Assembly: GCA_964489065.1 (NCBI GenBank)
Contig: CAZAXH010000002.1
Coordinates: forward strand, 42,683 to 106,682
Direction of reading: 5' to 3'
DNA from: an uncultured Planctomycetales bacterium
GTDB lineage: Bacteria > Omnitrophota > Gorgyraeia > Zapsychrales > JANLHA01
DNA: 64,000 nt
A program made the translations under genes and the position numbers. Position 1 is the stretch's first letter; every line of letters begins with the position of its first letter. Below, one piece after another: positions 49,337 through 58,488 of the stretch. The notes below the pieces were generated by a model, which was given only the letters and a program-made list of their open reading frames with translations, ran no database searches and was not told where the DNA came from.

Positions 49337-51224
49337 AAGTGTTAGTTTGAGCATTTTTCCACAGGAACGCATCGGGCTCACCGGACCGAATGGGGCCGGG
49401 AAAACGACCTTGTTTTCGATTATTCTTGGCGAGACGGAATCATCCGGGGGGGCCGTCCAGATGCAGAAGAACCTTAAAATCGGGCACCTCCCCCAGGAAG
49501 CCCGGTTTCATTCTGACCGGACGGTGCTGGAAGAAGTGACTTCCGGGGATATGTATATCCGCCAATTGCTTCAGGAAAAACGTTATTATGAAGAGACGAA
49601 TAAAGCGGATCAGGCGCGTTATGGGGATATTTTGGAAGAACTGGAGCAGCTGGGTATTTATGAGATAGAGCATAAAGCCGAGGCGGTTTTATCCGGCCTG
49701 GGCTTTACCGTTCAGGATTTTCATAAACCGGTCGTCCAGCTCAGTGGCGGCTGGCAGATGCGCACGCTTTTGGCGAAACTGTTGGTTTATCAATATGACG
49801 TCTTGTTGCTGGACGAGCCGACAAATTACCTTGACCTGCCGGCCACCCTGTGGCTCAAAGATTTCCTGAAGGCTTATCCAGGGACGTTTATCCTGATTTC
49901 CCACGACAAGGTTTTTCTTAATGAAGTGACAAATTATACGATCGTCCTGGACGGCGGTACGTTGACCAAGGTCAAGGGGAATTATGAGGCCTATGAAATG
50001 CAGAAAGGGGTTAACCTCCGGAGTCTGGAGAAACGGCAGAAGGTGATTGAAAAAAGGAAACAGCAACTGGAGCACTTTGCGCAGCGGTTTCATGCCCAGC
50101 CAAACCGGGCGGCTGCCGTGAAAAACAAGAGAAAAATGATTGAACGGTTGGAGAATATAGAACTGCCTCCGGAGAAAAAAAGCATTAAGGATTTCGCTTT
50201 CCCCACGGTTCAGTCGAGCGGCTACTCGGTGATCCGTTGTGAGCATGTGGGCAAGGATTACGGTGAGAAAACAGTGTACCGGGACTTGAATTTTGAAATA
50301 CTACGGAAACAGAAAGTATGCCTCGTCGGGCCCAACGGAGCCGGCAAATCCACCTTGTTAAAAATGTTGGCCGGGGTTTTCCCCCCGGACCGGGGGAAGA
50401 TTATGCTGGGGCATCAGGTTCAGCGCGGTTATTTTTCCCAGACCCGGCTGGATGTCCTGAATTCCGGGCGATCTGTGCTCGATGAATTGGCCTCCGCCGC
50501 GGAAGGGACTTACCCGGCCACGCAAATGCGGACTCTGCTCGGGCTTTTTAACTTTCACGGAGAAGATGTTTTTAAGCCGGTCCAGGTGCTTTCCGGAGGG
50601 GAGAAAAGCCGGCTGATCCTGGCCAAACTGCTGATCCGTCCGCCTAATTTTATCCTTCTTGACGAACCGACCACGCATCTGGATATTGACGGGGTGGAAG
50701 CGCTGATCAAGGCGTTTCAACAGTATGAAGGGACTTTATGTTTCATCAGCCACGACCTTTTTTTTGTGGAACAGATCGCTGACTCGATCGTGGAGGTCAG
50801 CCAGGGGCAGATAAAAACTTATCCCGGGGGGTTGGGTTATTATCTGGACAAGAAGAAAGCGGGCGAAACTTTAATACAAAAGAGTGAGGCGAAGGCCTAC
50901 CAGGAAAATCAGGCGGTTCAAGAGGAGAAAAAAAAGGCGAAGGGGGAAGAATATACTAAATTGAAAGAAGCCAGGCGCCTTCATCAGCAGGCCCTGAAGC
51001 GGATGAATGAGATTAAAAGCCAGATCAAAGAGCTGCACCAGCAAATGAAGGATTTGGAAAAAGAAAGCTATGTGAAGTCACGGCTGCTGGCCAATGCTTA
51101 CGGGAAAGACCCGGAGCTTATAAAAGAGTGCGGACAACGGTTGAAACAGATCCCCAAAATATTAAGGGAACTGGAATCGGAGATAAAAAGGCTGACGGAC
51201 GAGAAGGACAACATCAGTAAATGA
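49284..51224 (+). CDS. ABC-F family ATPase (tandem ABC domains, C-terminal coiled-coil)
   Basis: Two Walker A motifs (GPNGAGKTT / GPNGAGKST), two signatures (LSGGWQMR / LSGGEKSR), no TM domain. Confidence 0.8.
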   Translation: MIAITNLTKNLTQRTLFKSVSLSIFPQERIGLTGPNGAGKTTLFSIILGETESSGGAVQMQKNLKIGHLPQEARFHSDRTVLEEVTSGDMYIRQLLQEKRYYEETNKADQARYGDILEELEQLGIYEIEHKAEAVLSGLGFTVQDFHKPVVQLSGGWQMRTLLAKLLVYQYDVLLLDEPTNYLDLPATLWLKDFLKAYPGTFILISHDKVFLNEVTNYTIVLDGGTLTKVKGNYEAYEMQKGVNLRSLEKRQKVIEKRKQQLEHFAQRFHAQPNRAAAVKNKRKMIERLENIELPPEKKSIKDFAFPTVQSSGYSVIRCEHVGKDYGEKTVYRDLNFEILRKQKVCLVGPNGAGKSTLLKMLAGVFPPDRGKIMLGHQVQRGYFSQTRLDVLNSGRSVLDELASAAEGTYPATQMRTLLGLFNFHGEDVFKPVQVLSGGEKSRLILAKLLIRPPNFILLDEPTTHLDIDGVEALIKAFQQYEGTLCFISHDLFFVEQIADSIVEVSQGQIKTYPGGLGYYLDKKKAGETLIQKSEAKAYQENQAVQEEKKKAKGEEYTKLKEARRLHQQALKRMNEIKSQIKELHQQMKDLEKESYVKSRLLANAYGKDPELIKECGQRLKQIPKILRELESEIKRLTDEKDNISK

Positions 51225-51266
51225 GAACCTGGCACTGAGCAGAGGCCTTGGTGCCGGCGGGAGGGG

Positions 51267-51683
51267 ATGATCATGGGAGCAAGAGCGATCCGAGGGGTTT
51301 TCCTTTTTTTTGTCGTGGGTCTGGTTTTGCCCGGGTGCGCTAAGCTGTCCCATTTGAGGGAGTTATTGACGCTGCAGGCTTATTCTGATAATAATGAGGA
51401 GAAAGCGCGGTTTATTGAAAACGCGGATCAGTGTTTCGAGGCGCTTGTTCAAGACCTTAACTCCGGACGGCTTACCCGGACCATGCGTCAGGAGGATATC
51501 CGCCGGGGTTACGGGGTACCGATTTATGACAAGATCATCACCGGGGAGGCTCGGACGCTGTGGATGTATCGCCGCCAGACTGATTATGCGGGAAAGGAAA
51601 AAGTGTATCTTTATTTCGATGAACAAGGGATGCTGATCCGATGGGAGGTCGAAACGTCGGGGCTTCCCGATCCGTCCTCCTGA
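51267..51683 (+). CDS. Hypothetical lipoprotein
   Basis: Signal peptide with lipobox LPGC. Confidence 0.4.
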   Translation: MIMGARAIRGVFLFFVVGLVLPGCAKLSHLRELLTLQAYSDNNEEKARFIENADQCFEALVQDLNSGRLTRTMRQEDIRRGYGVPIYDKIITGEARTLWMYRRQTDYAGKEKVYLYFDEQGMLIRWEVETSGLPDPSS

Positions 51684-51745
51684 GTCCGGGATATTTCCTC
51701 TTGTTGGGAGATGGATGCGATAATTTAACCGTCGGAGTATTCTTG

Positions 51746-51883
51746 ATGGGACGATCATCAAAAAAACCACGCCAAAATAAACTGGACGCACGTAAGGTTT
51801 CTGCTGAGAAGCCCCAGGCACCCAAAAAAGACCGGGATTGGACTTTTGAAGACATCTTGCGGTCTAAGACGCCTCGGCGTTAG
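51746..51883 (+). CDS. Hypothetical small highly basic protein (45 aa)
   Basis: ATG 51746 after GGAG; Lys/Arg-rich; low confidence. Confidence 0.2.
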   Translation: MGRSSKKPRQNKLDARKVSAEKPQAPKKDRDWTFEDILRSKTPRR

Positions 51884-52006
51884 AACCCCTTCGCCTGTCT
51901 TTGTGTCCCAGCCGTAAGGCTTCCTCGGCTTTCTAAAAAGAGCCGTACTAAAACGGTCTGTCTCCTGGAGGCTTTTTAAAAACAATCGTCCGTCGCAAAA
52001 AGTTTT

Positions 52007-52534
52007 TTAATTACTCAGAATTTCCGAGTGTCCCCGGATAAAGTCTTTTATTTCTTCCGGAAACGGGAGGAAAACATAGGACTGGCGCCCTGGGAGGGCG
52101 TCCGGGTTTGAAACCCGGGCGATACGGGTCTGAAACCGCAGGCGGCTTTCCGGGTTCCGCCGGGGGTTGGGTTCTGGAAAAAGGATGGTGACATCCGCGG
52201 GTTCATCAGGAGTAATGGAGGCGGGAATGGTGCAGGCCAGTCCAAGAAGGTTGATATTGTCTGTTTGGCATTCGATGTGTTCGTTGTTGATTTTAATGCG
52301 CAGGGGGATCCTCATCTGGAAGCGGCGGAATTGCCGCTTTTCAGAAAATGGGTCTGAATCCCGCCTGTGCTCGGACCGGGACAGGTACCATTGCTGGCCG
52401 TATTTTCTTATCCAATCCAGCGCGGCCGTAGCGAATCCGATTTCCCGGCCTTGTTTTTCGCTTTCTAGCCATTTATGTTTGTGGATTTCATGAATCGCCA
52501 AAGTGTCGTTAAGAAATGAATAATTACTTTCCAT
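52007..52534 (-). CDS. DUF4032-like N-terminal domain fused to a PilZ domain (putative c-di-GMP receptor)
   Basis: True start is ATG at 52534 (MESNYSFLND) with AAGGAG 7 nt upstream; PilZ motifs RRFQMR (RxxxR) and DNINLLGLA (D-x-S-x-x-G-like); the upstream 85 codons of the track ORF are rejected. Confidence 0.55.
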   Translation of the reverse strand: MESNYSFLNDTLAIHEIHKHKWLESEKQGREIGFATAALDWIRKYGQQWYLSRSEHRRDSDPFSEKRQFRRFQMRIPLRIKINNEHIECQTDNINLLGLACTIPASITPDEPADVTILFPEPNPRRNPESRLRFQTRIARVSNPDALPGRQSYVFLPFPEEIKDFIRGHSEILSN

Positions 52535-52742
52535 AAAATGTCTCCTTTGTTCTGGTGCAATTATATCAAAAAACCTTGCGGGCTCAAGAAAAAATATGAA
52601 AAAATTCCCCGGCTTCTCGACGTATGATTCCTTGTAGAGACGTATGCGCCAAAACAGACGAACCTTGTTTCTTGGGGGGCCGCCCCCTGGTGAAGGACGC
52701 ACTTTGGGGACCATTGTTTTAGGATGAGTATCCTTTGTGTGC

Positions 52743-52778
52743 TTTACAAGTTCTGAAGAAATGTTTATAATAAACATT
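52743..52778 (+). promoter_or_regulatory. Sigma70-like promoter (TTTACA-17-TATAAT) with a perfect 9-1-9 palindromic operator overlapping the -10 box
   Basis: AATGTTTAT-a-ATAAACATT at 52760..52778; lies in the divergent region between the PilZ gene and the small membrane protein ORF. Confidence 0.4.
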
Positions 52779-52819
52779 GTTTGCGGCATTTCATCTCAAT
52801 AGAGAAGAGGAGGAGATAC

Positions 52820-52966
52820 ATGGGCCCGTTTGAAAGCGGAAATGTTCAGGATTTAATTTGGTATTTCGGGATAAAGATTTTTTTGGTTGTTTGGATTGTT
52901 TTTGTCCCGATCGCGATTACCAACCGGCTTGAAAAAATTATTCGATTGCTGGAAGAAAAAAAATAA
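52820..52966 (+). CDS. Hypothetical small membrane protein (48 aa, 1 TM)
   Basis: ATG 52820 after AGGAGGAG; a single hydrophobic helix. Confidence 0.35.
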   Translation: MGPFESGNVQDLIWYFGIKIFLVVWIVFVPIAITNRLEKIIRLLEEKK

Positions 52967-53089
52967 CGGGCCGGGAGTGCCCGGGAAGAGACCCGTCCGG
53001 GCTGCTTTTCCCCGGCGGGGCGAAGAATGTTTTTTGCTCTCCTGGGACCCCTGTGTTAAAATTCAAACCAATGCTGGATACTGTCGTTT

Positions 53090-53470
53090 ATGGCAAAACA
53101 CATTTGTATTACAATTGGTCATATCCGCATAACTGCTCAACTTAATGATTCCCGTACGGCGCAAAAAGTATGGGATAGCCTTCCGCTTTCGGCCAATGTC
53201 ACCCGCTGGGGAAAAGAAATTTATTTTCCGATTCCGATTCAACACGATCTGGAGAAAAAATGCGTCCAGGATACTGTTGAAAAAGGGGATTTGGCGTTTT
53301 GGCCGGAAGGAAATTCTTTCTGCATATTCTTTGGCCCGACTCCTATCAGCGAGGATGGTGAAATCCGTCCGGCCAGCCCCGTGAACGTGATTGGGTATAT
53401 CAACGGCGAATATGGCCGACTGACGGAAGTCGAGGACTTAAGCGAAATCAAAGTAGAACCATATCAATAA
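53090..53470 (+). CDS. Cyclophilin-like-fold family protein (DUF369/DUF3830-like)
   Basis: About 125 aa with the pattern ...GDLAFWPEGNSFCIFFGPTP... typical of cyclophilin-like-fold proteins. Confidence 0.45.
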   Translation: MAKHICITIGHIRITAQLNDSRTAQKVWDSLPLSANVTRWGKEIYFPIPIQHDLEKKCVQDTVEKGDLAFWPEGNSFCIFFGPTPISEDGEIRPASPVNVIGYINGEYGRLTEVEDLSEIKVEPYQ

Positions 53471-53475
53471 TATTT

Positions 53476-54813
53476 TTGGAAGAGGTCCGCATGGATATCA
53501 TTGGATGGCTGCTGGGACTGAGTGTTTTCTTCGCCGCTGGATTTTTCATCCTTTGGAAAGACTTTAAAGAAGCCCGAAAGCAATTCAAGGAGGATCTCCA
53601 GGGGCTCGAGCAGTCTACGGATAAGATCCGGACGGGAGTCCGGGAGGAGATCGCTCTTAACCGGGAGGAGGCGCTGCAGCAAGATCAGAGAATACGGAAG
53701 GAATTGAGGGATACTATTGATGCGTTTTCCCAGTCTGTGTTGTCCCGGATGACAGACGTGTCTGTCTTGCAGAAAAATCAGCTGGATATTTTTTCTCAAC
53801 AGTTGTCGGTGCTCACGCAGATGAATGAGCAGAAATTCGAGAAGCTCCGAGCGGTTGTAGAAGAGCGTCTGCGGTATCTGCAGGATGAGAATAATCAGAA
53901 ACTGGAGAAAATGCGGGAAACCGTGGATGAAAAATTGCACGCCACGCTGGAAAAACGGCTGGGCGATTCTTTCCAGATTGTCAGTGACCGGTTGGAGAAA
54001 GTTCATCAGGGGCTCGGCGAAATGCAGTCCCTTGCCGCCGGAGTCGGTGACCTGAAAAAAGTTCTGGCCAATGTTAAGACCCGCGGGACATGGGGAGAAG
54101 TGCAGCTCGGGAATCTCCTGGAGCAGATGATGTCCTTGGATCAGTATGAAAAGAATGTGGTGACCAAAACCGGGAGCCGTGACCCCGTCGAATTCGCCAT
54201 TAAGCTTCCCGGGGGGCAAGACGGACGGCCGGTTTATCTCCCTATAGACGCCAAGTTCCCCTTGGAAGATTATGAACGTCTTCAGGAGGCGCAGGATAAG
54301 GGGGATGGTTCCGGCATGGCCGAGGCTTCTAAGGCGCTGGAAAACCGGATTAAGCTGGAGGCCAAAAATATCAGGGAGAAATATCTGGATCCTCCGCACA
54401 CGACCGATTTTGGGATCATGTTTTTACCGACCGAGAGCCTTTATGCGGAGGTTTTGCGGCGTCCGGGATTTCTGGATTTGCTCCGCCGGGAAGCCCGCGT
54501 GATGGTGGCCGGCCCTACCACGATTGCGGCGCTTTTGAACAGCCTGCAGATGGGGTTTCGGACGTTAGCCGTCGAAAAACGGGCGAGTGAGGTGTGGAAT
54601 TTGTTGGGTTTGGTTAAAAATGAATTCAGTAAGTTCGGCGGCATACTGGAAAAGACTCATAAAAAATTGCAGGAGGCCAGCAATACGATTGAAACGGCCG
54701 CTCAAAAATCCCGTACGATTGAGCGTAAACTGCAGCGGGTTCAGGAGATGCCCGGCAGTGGCGACGAACCGCAACTCGTATCTTCAGAAGAGGTCCATGT
54801 TAGTCTTGAGTGA
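53476..54813 (+). CDS. rmuC: DNA recombination protein RmuC
   Basis: N-terminal TM plus long coiled-coil; conserved RmuC C-terminal block GTWGEVQLGNLLE; alternative start at ATG 53491. Confidence 0.8.
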   Translation: MEEVRMDIIGWLLGLSVFFAAGFFILWKDFKEARKQFKEDLQGLEQSTDKIRTGVREEIALNREEALQQDQRIRKELRDTIDAFSQSVLSRMTDVSVLQKNQLDIFSQQLSVLTQMNEQKFEKLRAVVEERLRYLQDENNQKLEKMRETVDEKLHATLEKRLGDSFQIVSDRLEKVHQGLGEMQSLAAGVGDLKKVLANVKTRGTWGEVQLGNLLEQMMSLDQYEKNVVTKTGSRDPVEFAIKLPGGQDGRPVYLPIDAKFPLEDYERLQEAQDKGDGSGMAEASKALENRIKLEAKNIREKYLDPPHTTDFGIMFLPTESLYAEVLRRPGFLDLLRREARVMVAGPTTIAALLNSLQMGFRTLAVEKRASEVWNLLGLVKNEFSKFGGILEKTHKKLQEASNTIETAAQKSRTIERKLQRVQEMPGSGDEPQLVSSEEVHVSLE

Positions 54814-55498
54814 TTTTTTCCCTCCCGGGATACATGCAATCTTTTCGGACCGGCACAGCCGTTTCTCTCTTGCGCCGGGACAGCTATCCCTGACACCTGC
54901 CCAAGAGAAGGCGGCTGCAGCATATCTTTCTTTTCCTGACTCGGTTTTTATTTCTTTGCGCCAGGTGCACGGGAATCGGGTGTGCGTCTATGACCGCGGT
55001 GTCTCTGTTTGCCCTCCCCTGCTTGAGGCGGACGCCTGTTTGACGAAGTCAACCCGAAGCTGGATCGGCGTCAGAACCGCCGATTGCCTGCCTGTATTTT
55101 TATGCGATCCTCAGAATCGGTGTGTTGGAATCGTGCATGCGGGCTGGCGCGGGACGAAGAGTGCCATTGTGCAGGAAGCCGTAGCCCGTATGCGCGAGGT
55201 GTTTGGTTCGAACCCCGCGGAGTTGACTGCGGTTTTTGGACCTTGTATACGGCCTTGCTGTTATACGGTGGGGCCGGAGTTTTGTGGTTTTTTCCCGGAA
55301 GGTATTCTGCGTTGGGGGCAGCGGATTGCCTTTGATCTTGCTGGGGCGAATATCAGGCAGCTTCTTCAGAGTGGGGTAAGGGAGTCCCGCCTGCATGACT
55401 GCCGGGTATGCACCTGCTGTGACGCCCGTTTTTTTTCTTACCGCAGGGAAGGGGAAGAGTGCGGGCGGAACCTCGCGCTGATGGTTATAGAGGATTAG
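54797..55498 (+). CDS. pgeF: Peptidoglycan editing factor PgeF / YfiH (Cu-oxidase_4, purine nucleoside phosphorylase-like)
   Basis: Motifs RQVHG, ADACLT, RTADCLPV, VHAGWRGT, GPCIRPCCY; start ATG 54797 overlaps the rmuC end; the track ORF start 54587 is rejected. Confidence 0.8.
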   Translation: MLVLSDFFPPGIHAIFSDRHSRFSLAPGQLSLTPAQEKAAAAYLSFPDSVFISLRQVHGNRVCVYDRGVSVCPPLLEADACLTKSTRSWIGVRTADCLPVFLCDPQNRCVGIVHAGWRGTKSAIVQEAVARMREVFGSNPAELTAVFGPCIRPCCYTVGPEFCGFFPEGILRWGQRIAFDLAGANIRQLLQSGVRESRLHDCRVCTCCDARFFSYRREGEECGRNLALMVIED

Positions 55499-55506
55499 GA
55501 TATTCG

Positions 55507-55534
55507 TTGAATTTTGAGTCAAGAGGGCTATAAT
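55507..55534 (+). promoter_or_regulatory. Near-consensus sigma70 promoter upstream of the cutA leader
   Basis: TTGAAT-16 nt-TATAAT. Confidence 0.4.
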
Positions 55535-55716
55535 AAAATCTTTATCCACCTTCGCGGGAGGGTATGACATGCTCACAGAGGAATGCAAGACGTTAACCGG
55601 GGCTTCTTTCTCGGGAGATGTCTGTAGGCGTCTTGAGAAGTCAGTCCGTTTTGTAAAGTGAATTGTTCGTGAGTCCCACGCCCACGGGCGTGGGACTTCT
55701 TGATCGGGGGGAGGGA

Positions 55717-56043
55717 ATGCAAGGCATTCAATATATCGTTGTCTTTGTCACGGTGCCTAGCCAGGAAGAAGCGCAGGCCCTGGGTCGCGTATTACTGGAA
55801 AAAAAGCTGGTTGCCTGTGTTAATGTTGTTCCCAGCGTGGATTCTTTTTTCTGGTGGGAAGGAAAAATTGATCGCGCCGGTGAGTGCCTGTTGATCTTGA
55901 AAACCCGTTATTCTGTTTTTCAGGCTTTAACAGAGGTGGTCAAAGCACAACATAGTTATAGTGTCCCGGAAATAATCGCGTTGCCGGTCATAGCGGGCCA
56001 GAAAGATTATTTGGCCTGGATTGATGAAACCGTGCGAGCATAA
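55717..56043 (+). CDS. cutA: Divalent-cation tolerance protein CutA
   Basis: ATG 55717 after GGGGGGAGGG; matches the ~105-aa CutA1 family. Confidence 0.8.
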   Translation: MQGIQYIVVFVTVPSQEEAQALGRVLLEKKLVACVNVVPSVDSFFWWEGKIDRAGECLLILKTRYSVFQALTEVVKAQHSYSVPEIIALPVIAGQKDYLAWIDETVRA

Positions 56044-56069
56044 GTGTGGGATAAGGGAGGAGATTATTT

Positions 56070-56603
56070 ATGAGAATCATCGGACGTTTTGTTATCGTTC
56101 TGCTGGTCATCTTTTTGGCCATTAACGGGTCTTATGCTATGGGGCAGTTTTTCTTTTTTGAGAACCCTTTGATTGGCCAGAAGGCCCCGGATTTTACCCT
56201 CAATTCTATTTATCAAAAGAATTTGAATTTGACCACGTTCCGCGACGGTAAACCGGTGATTATTTTCTTCTGGGCGACTTGGTGCCCGCATTGCCGGGTG
56301 CAGTTGGATGCGCTTCACACCAGCCAGGAGGCTTTGGCGGCCAAAGGAGTTCAGGTCGCCCTGGTCGACCTGGGGGAGAGCGCTCCCCTTGTCCAGTCTT
56401 ATATGTCCAATAATCATATGGCCATGGATGTTTTTTTGGATGAAGACGGGTCCGTGTCGGAGGTCTATGGGGTCATTGGTATCCCAACATTTATTTTCGT
56501 GAACGCCGAAGGGATTATCCGCGCGGTTGAAAATGAAATCCCCGACGATTATGAGCAGATTCTTTTTTCCTCCGGAGCTTCAACCTCGGTGGACAGTTTT
56601 TAG
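56070..56603 (+). CDS. TlpA/ResA-like thiol-disulfide oxidoreductase (periplasmic thioredoxin)
   Basis: Signal/TM anchor plus WATWCPHC active site. Confidence 0.75.
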   Translation: MRIIGRFVIVLLVIFLAINGSYAMGQFFFFENPLIGQKAPDFTLNSIYQKNLNLTTFRDGKPVIIFFWATWCPHCRVQLDALHTSQEALAAKGVQVALVDLGESAPLVQSYMSNNHMAMDVFLDEDGSVSEVYGVIGIPTFIFVNAEGIIRAVENEIPDDYEQILFSSGASTSVDSF

Positions 56604-56642
56604 ATCCAGACCGAGGCGTTGGGGGCAAAGGTGTGTTTCGGT

Positions 56643-58262
56643 TTAATTCGCCGTGTCCGTCCGGTAGATTTCGGATGTGTGATCTTCCAGATTGGCCTTT
56701 ACTCTCATCCGGGCCAGGAATTCTTCAAAAGCTTTCGCCTTCTTTTCTTGCAGGATTTCCTGTAAATAAGGGGTCTTTTCTTTTTTATATTTTTCCATAT
56801 CCACAGGAATATAGGAATCCAGCATCAGGAAACAGAATCCTTTTTCCACTTCGACCGGATCGCTGACTTCGGAATTGTTTTTAAGCGCAAAAGCGGCTTC
56901 CTGAAAATTGCGGGACAGGCCGACATTGGGTAAATACTCGCCTCTTTGAAAAACCGGAGTCTGGAACACGGGCAGGCCGAAATTTTCGGCAATGGTTTTG
57001 AATCCCGGATTTCCGGCTTGGCTGAGGGTTTCCCGGGTTTGTCCGACAAATTTGTCGGCTCTGGCCTTGGCGATTTTTTTTGCTTCCGCCCGGGTCCAGG
57101 CAATTTTAACGTCATTTTGAACCGCCGGATACTCGGGAATCGTGGACTCTCGGCGATCTTTGATTTGAAGAACTTGATAGCCGCTGGGCGTCTCGACCGG
57201 GCCTAAAATCTGGCCTTTCGGCAGTTCGAAGAGCTGCTGGATCAGGGGGAAGGACCAGCCCAGGGATAAGTTGGGTTTCTCCAGGCTGAAGAGTCCGCTT
57301 TCTCCGATATTTTTTTGGTTTTCAAGGGCCACGGTTTCGAAACTTTTGTTGTCAATCAGAATCGCATCGGCCAGGTCCTGGGCGGCCTGCCAGGCCGTTT
57401 CTTTGTCGGCATCGCTCACGGCGTTGTTCGGCTCGGTCAAGGGGGACTCCGGTGCTGGCGTCCCGGCCGCCTCAGGATTCTCCGGGACTTCCCCGTTGTT
57501 TTCGGGAGGTGTTTCTTTGACTTCTCCTTCGGATTCGCTGGCCGGCGGGTTAAGCGGGAAATCAACCTGGATGAACGCTACATTGATCATCGGAGGGAGC
57601 ATGAATTCTTCTTTGTGGCTCAGATAATAATTCTTGGCCTGGACTTCGTCAAAAGGGATTTCGGATAAATACTGATCGGTGGCAACCAGCCCGTAAGTGA
57701 CCTGGACTTTTTCGTTGTGTTGGGTGTAGATTTTTAATACCTCTTCCTCCGGGACGGTGATATTCTCGGTTTGCTTTTCGAACAGTTTGGCGATTTTAAG
57801 GGAATCACGCATGCCTTCTTCAAAGTCCCGCGGCTGGATATGGAAGGCGTTTTTGAGGATTTGAGTGTAGAGCGACTGGTTAAAAACCCCGTTCTTCAGG
57901 AAGAAGGGATAGCTTTGGATCGTTGAGACGATCATTTCGTCTGTCACTTTGATATGCTGCCGGTCGGCTTCATACAGCAGAATCAGACGGTCCCAGGTTT
58001 GGGCGAAGATATTTATAAAATCGGCGATTTTTTTATATTCCGACCCGTATTGCAACCGAAGTTGGAGATCGGTTTGGGTCCGGTTGAAATCGTATTCCTG
58101 TATTGAAATTTTTTTGCCGAAAATTTTCCCGGCGTAAGTGGCTTTGGAGGAGTCCCGGAACAGGAAAGACTGCCCGAAAAAGCCGAAAGATATAATGATG
58201 ATAACGGCCAGCGCCCATAATGTCTTTTTCATGAAACCTTTGTGACGAATGACCTTTAACAT
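56643..58262 (-). CDS. Periplasmic chaperone / peptidyl-prolyl isomerase, PpiD/SurA-like
   Basis: ATG 58262 after AAGGAG; N-terminal TM anchor; SurA_N-like domain; parvulin-like region; acidic Pro-rich linker. Confidence 0.65.
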   Translation of the reverse strand: MLKVIRHKGFMKKTLWALAVIIIISFGFFGQSFLFRDSSKATYAGKIFGKKISIQEYDFNRTQTDLQLRLQYGSEYKKIADFINIFAQTWDRLILLYEADRQHIKVTDEMIVSTIQSYPFFLKNGVFNQSLYTQILKNAFHIQPRDFEEGMRDSLKIAKLFEKQTENITVPEEEVLKIYTQHNEKVQVTYGLVATDQYLSEIPFDEVQAKNYYLSHKEEFMLPPMINVAFIQVDFPLNPPASESEGEVKETPPENNGEVPENPEAAGTPAPESPLTEPNNAVSDADKETAWQAAQDLADAILIDNKSFETVALENQKNIGESGLFSLEKPNLSLGWSFPLIQQLFELPKGQILGPVETPSGYQVLQIKDRRESTIPEYPAVQNDVKIAWTRAEAKKIAKARADKFVGQTRETLSQAGNPGFKTIAENFGLPVFQTPVFQRGEYLPNVGLSRNFQEAAFALKNNSEVSDPVEVEKGFCFLMLDSYIPVDMEKYKKEKTPYLQEILQEKKAKAFEEFLARMRVKANLEDHTSEIYRTDTAN

Positions 58263-58390
58263 AGGGTCTCCTTATTTTTTAGGGATATTGAATTTGGTGA
58301 GAAAACTGTTTTAAAAACGTCAGAAAACGCATTATATCTATTTCCCAACTTTTTGACAAGGGAATTCCTTATAAGAGTACAGAAAATTGC

Positions 58391-58419
58391 TTTACTTTTA
58401 AAATACCTAAGGTTATAAT
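58391..58419 (+). promoter_or_regulatory. Candidate sigma70 promoter upstream of hisG
   Basis: TTTACT-17 nt-TATAAT about 70 nt upstream of hisG. Confidence 0.3.
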
Positions 58420-58488
58420 ACCCCCTGTTTCAGCCAACTCTTTTCTGTTTTCCGGCGTCTGGGGGCGGGAGGGGAGATAAGGAATGAT

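Noticed and set aside
52535-52789. N-terminal 85-codon extension of the PilZ ORF (MPQTMFIIN...)
   Set aside because: The extension covers the promoter/operator region. A strong AAGGAG RBS precedes the internal ATG at 52534, where the conserved domain starts.
54587-54796. N-terminal 70-codon extension of the PgeF ORF
   Set aside because: Overlaps the RmuC C-terminus in another frame. The conserved YfiH sequence begins at ATG 54797.
55564-55596. 10-codon ORF (MTCSQRNARR) upstream of cutA
   Set aside because: Its ATG is only 2 nt after the GGAGG Shine-Dalgarno. The overlapping 30-codon ORF starting at 55569 has proper spacing and is preferred.
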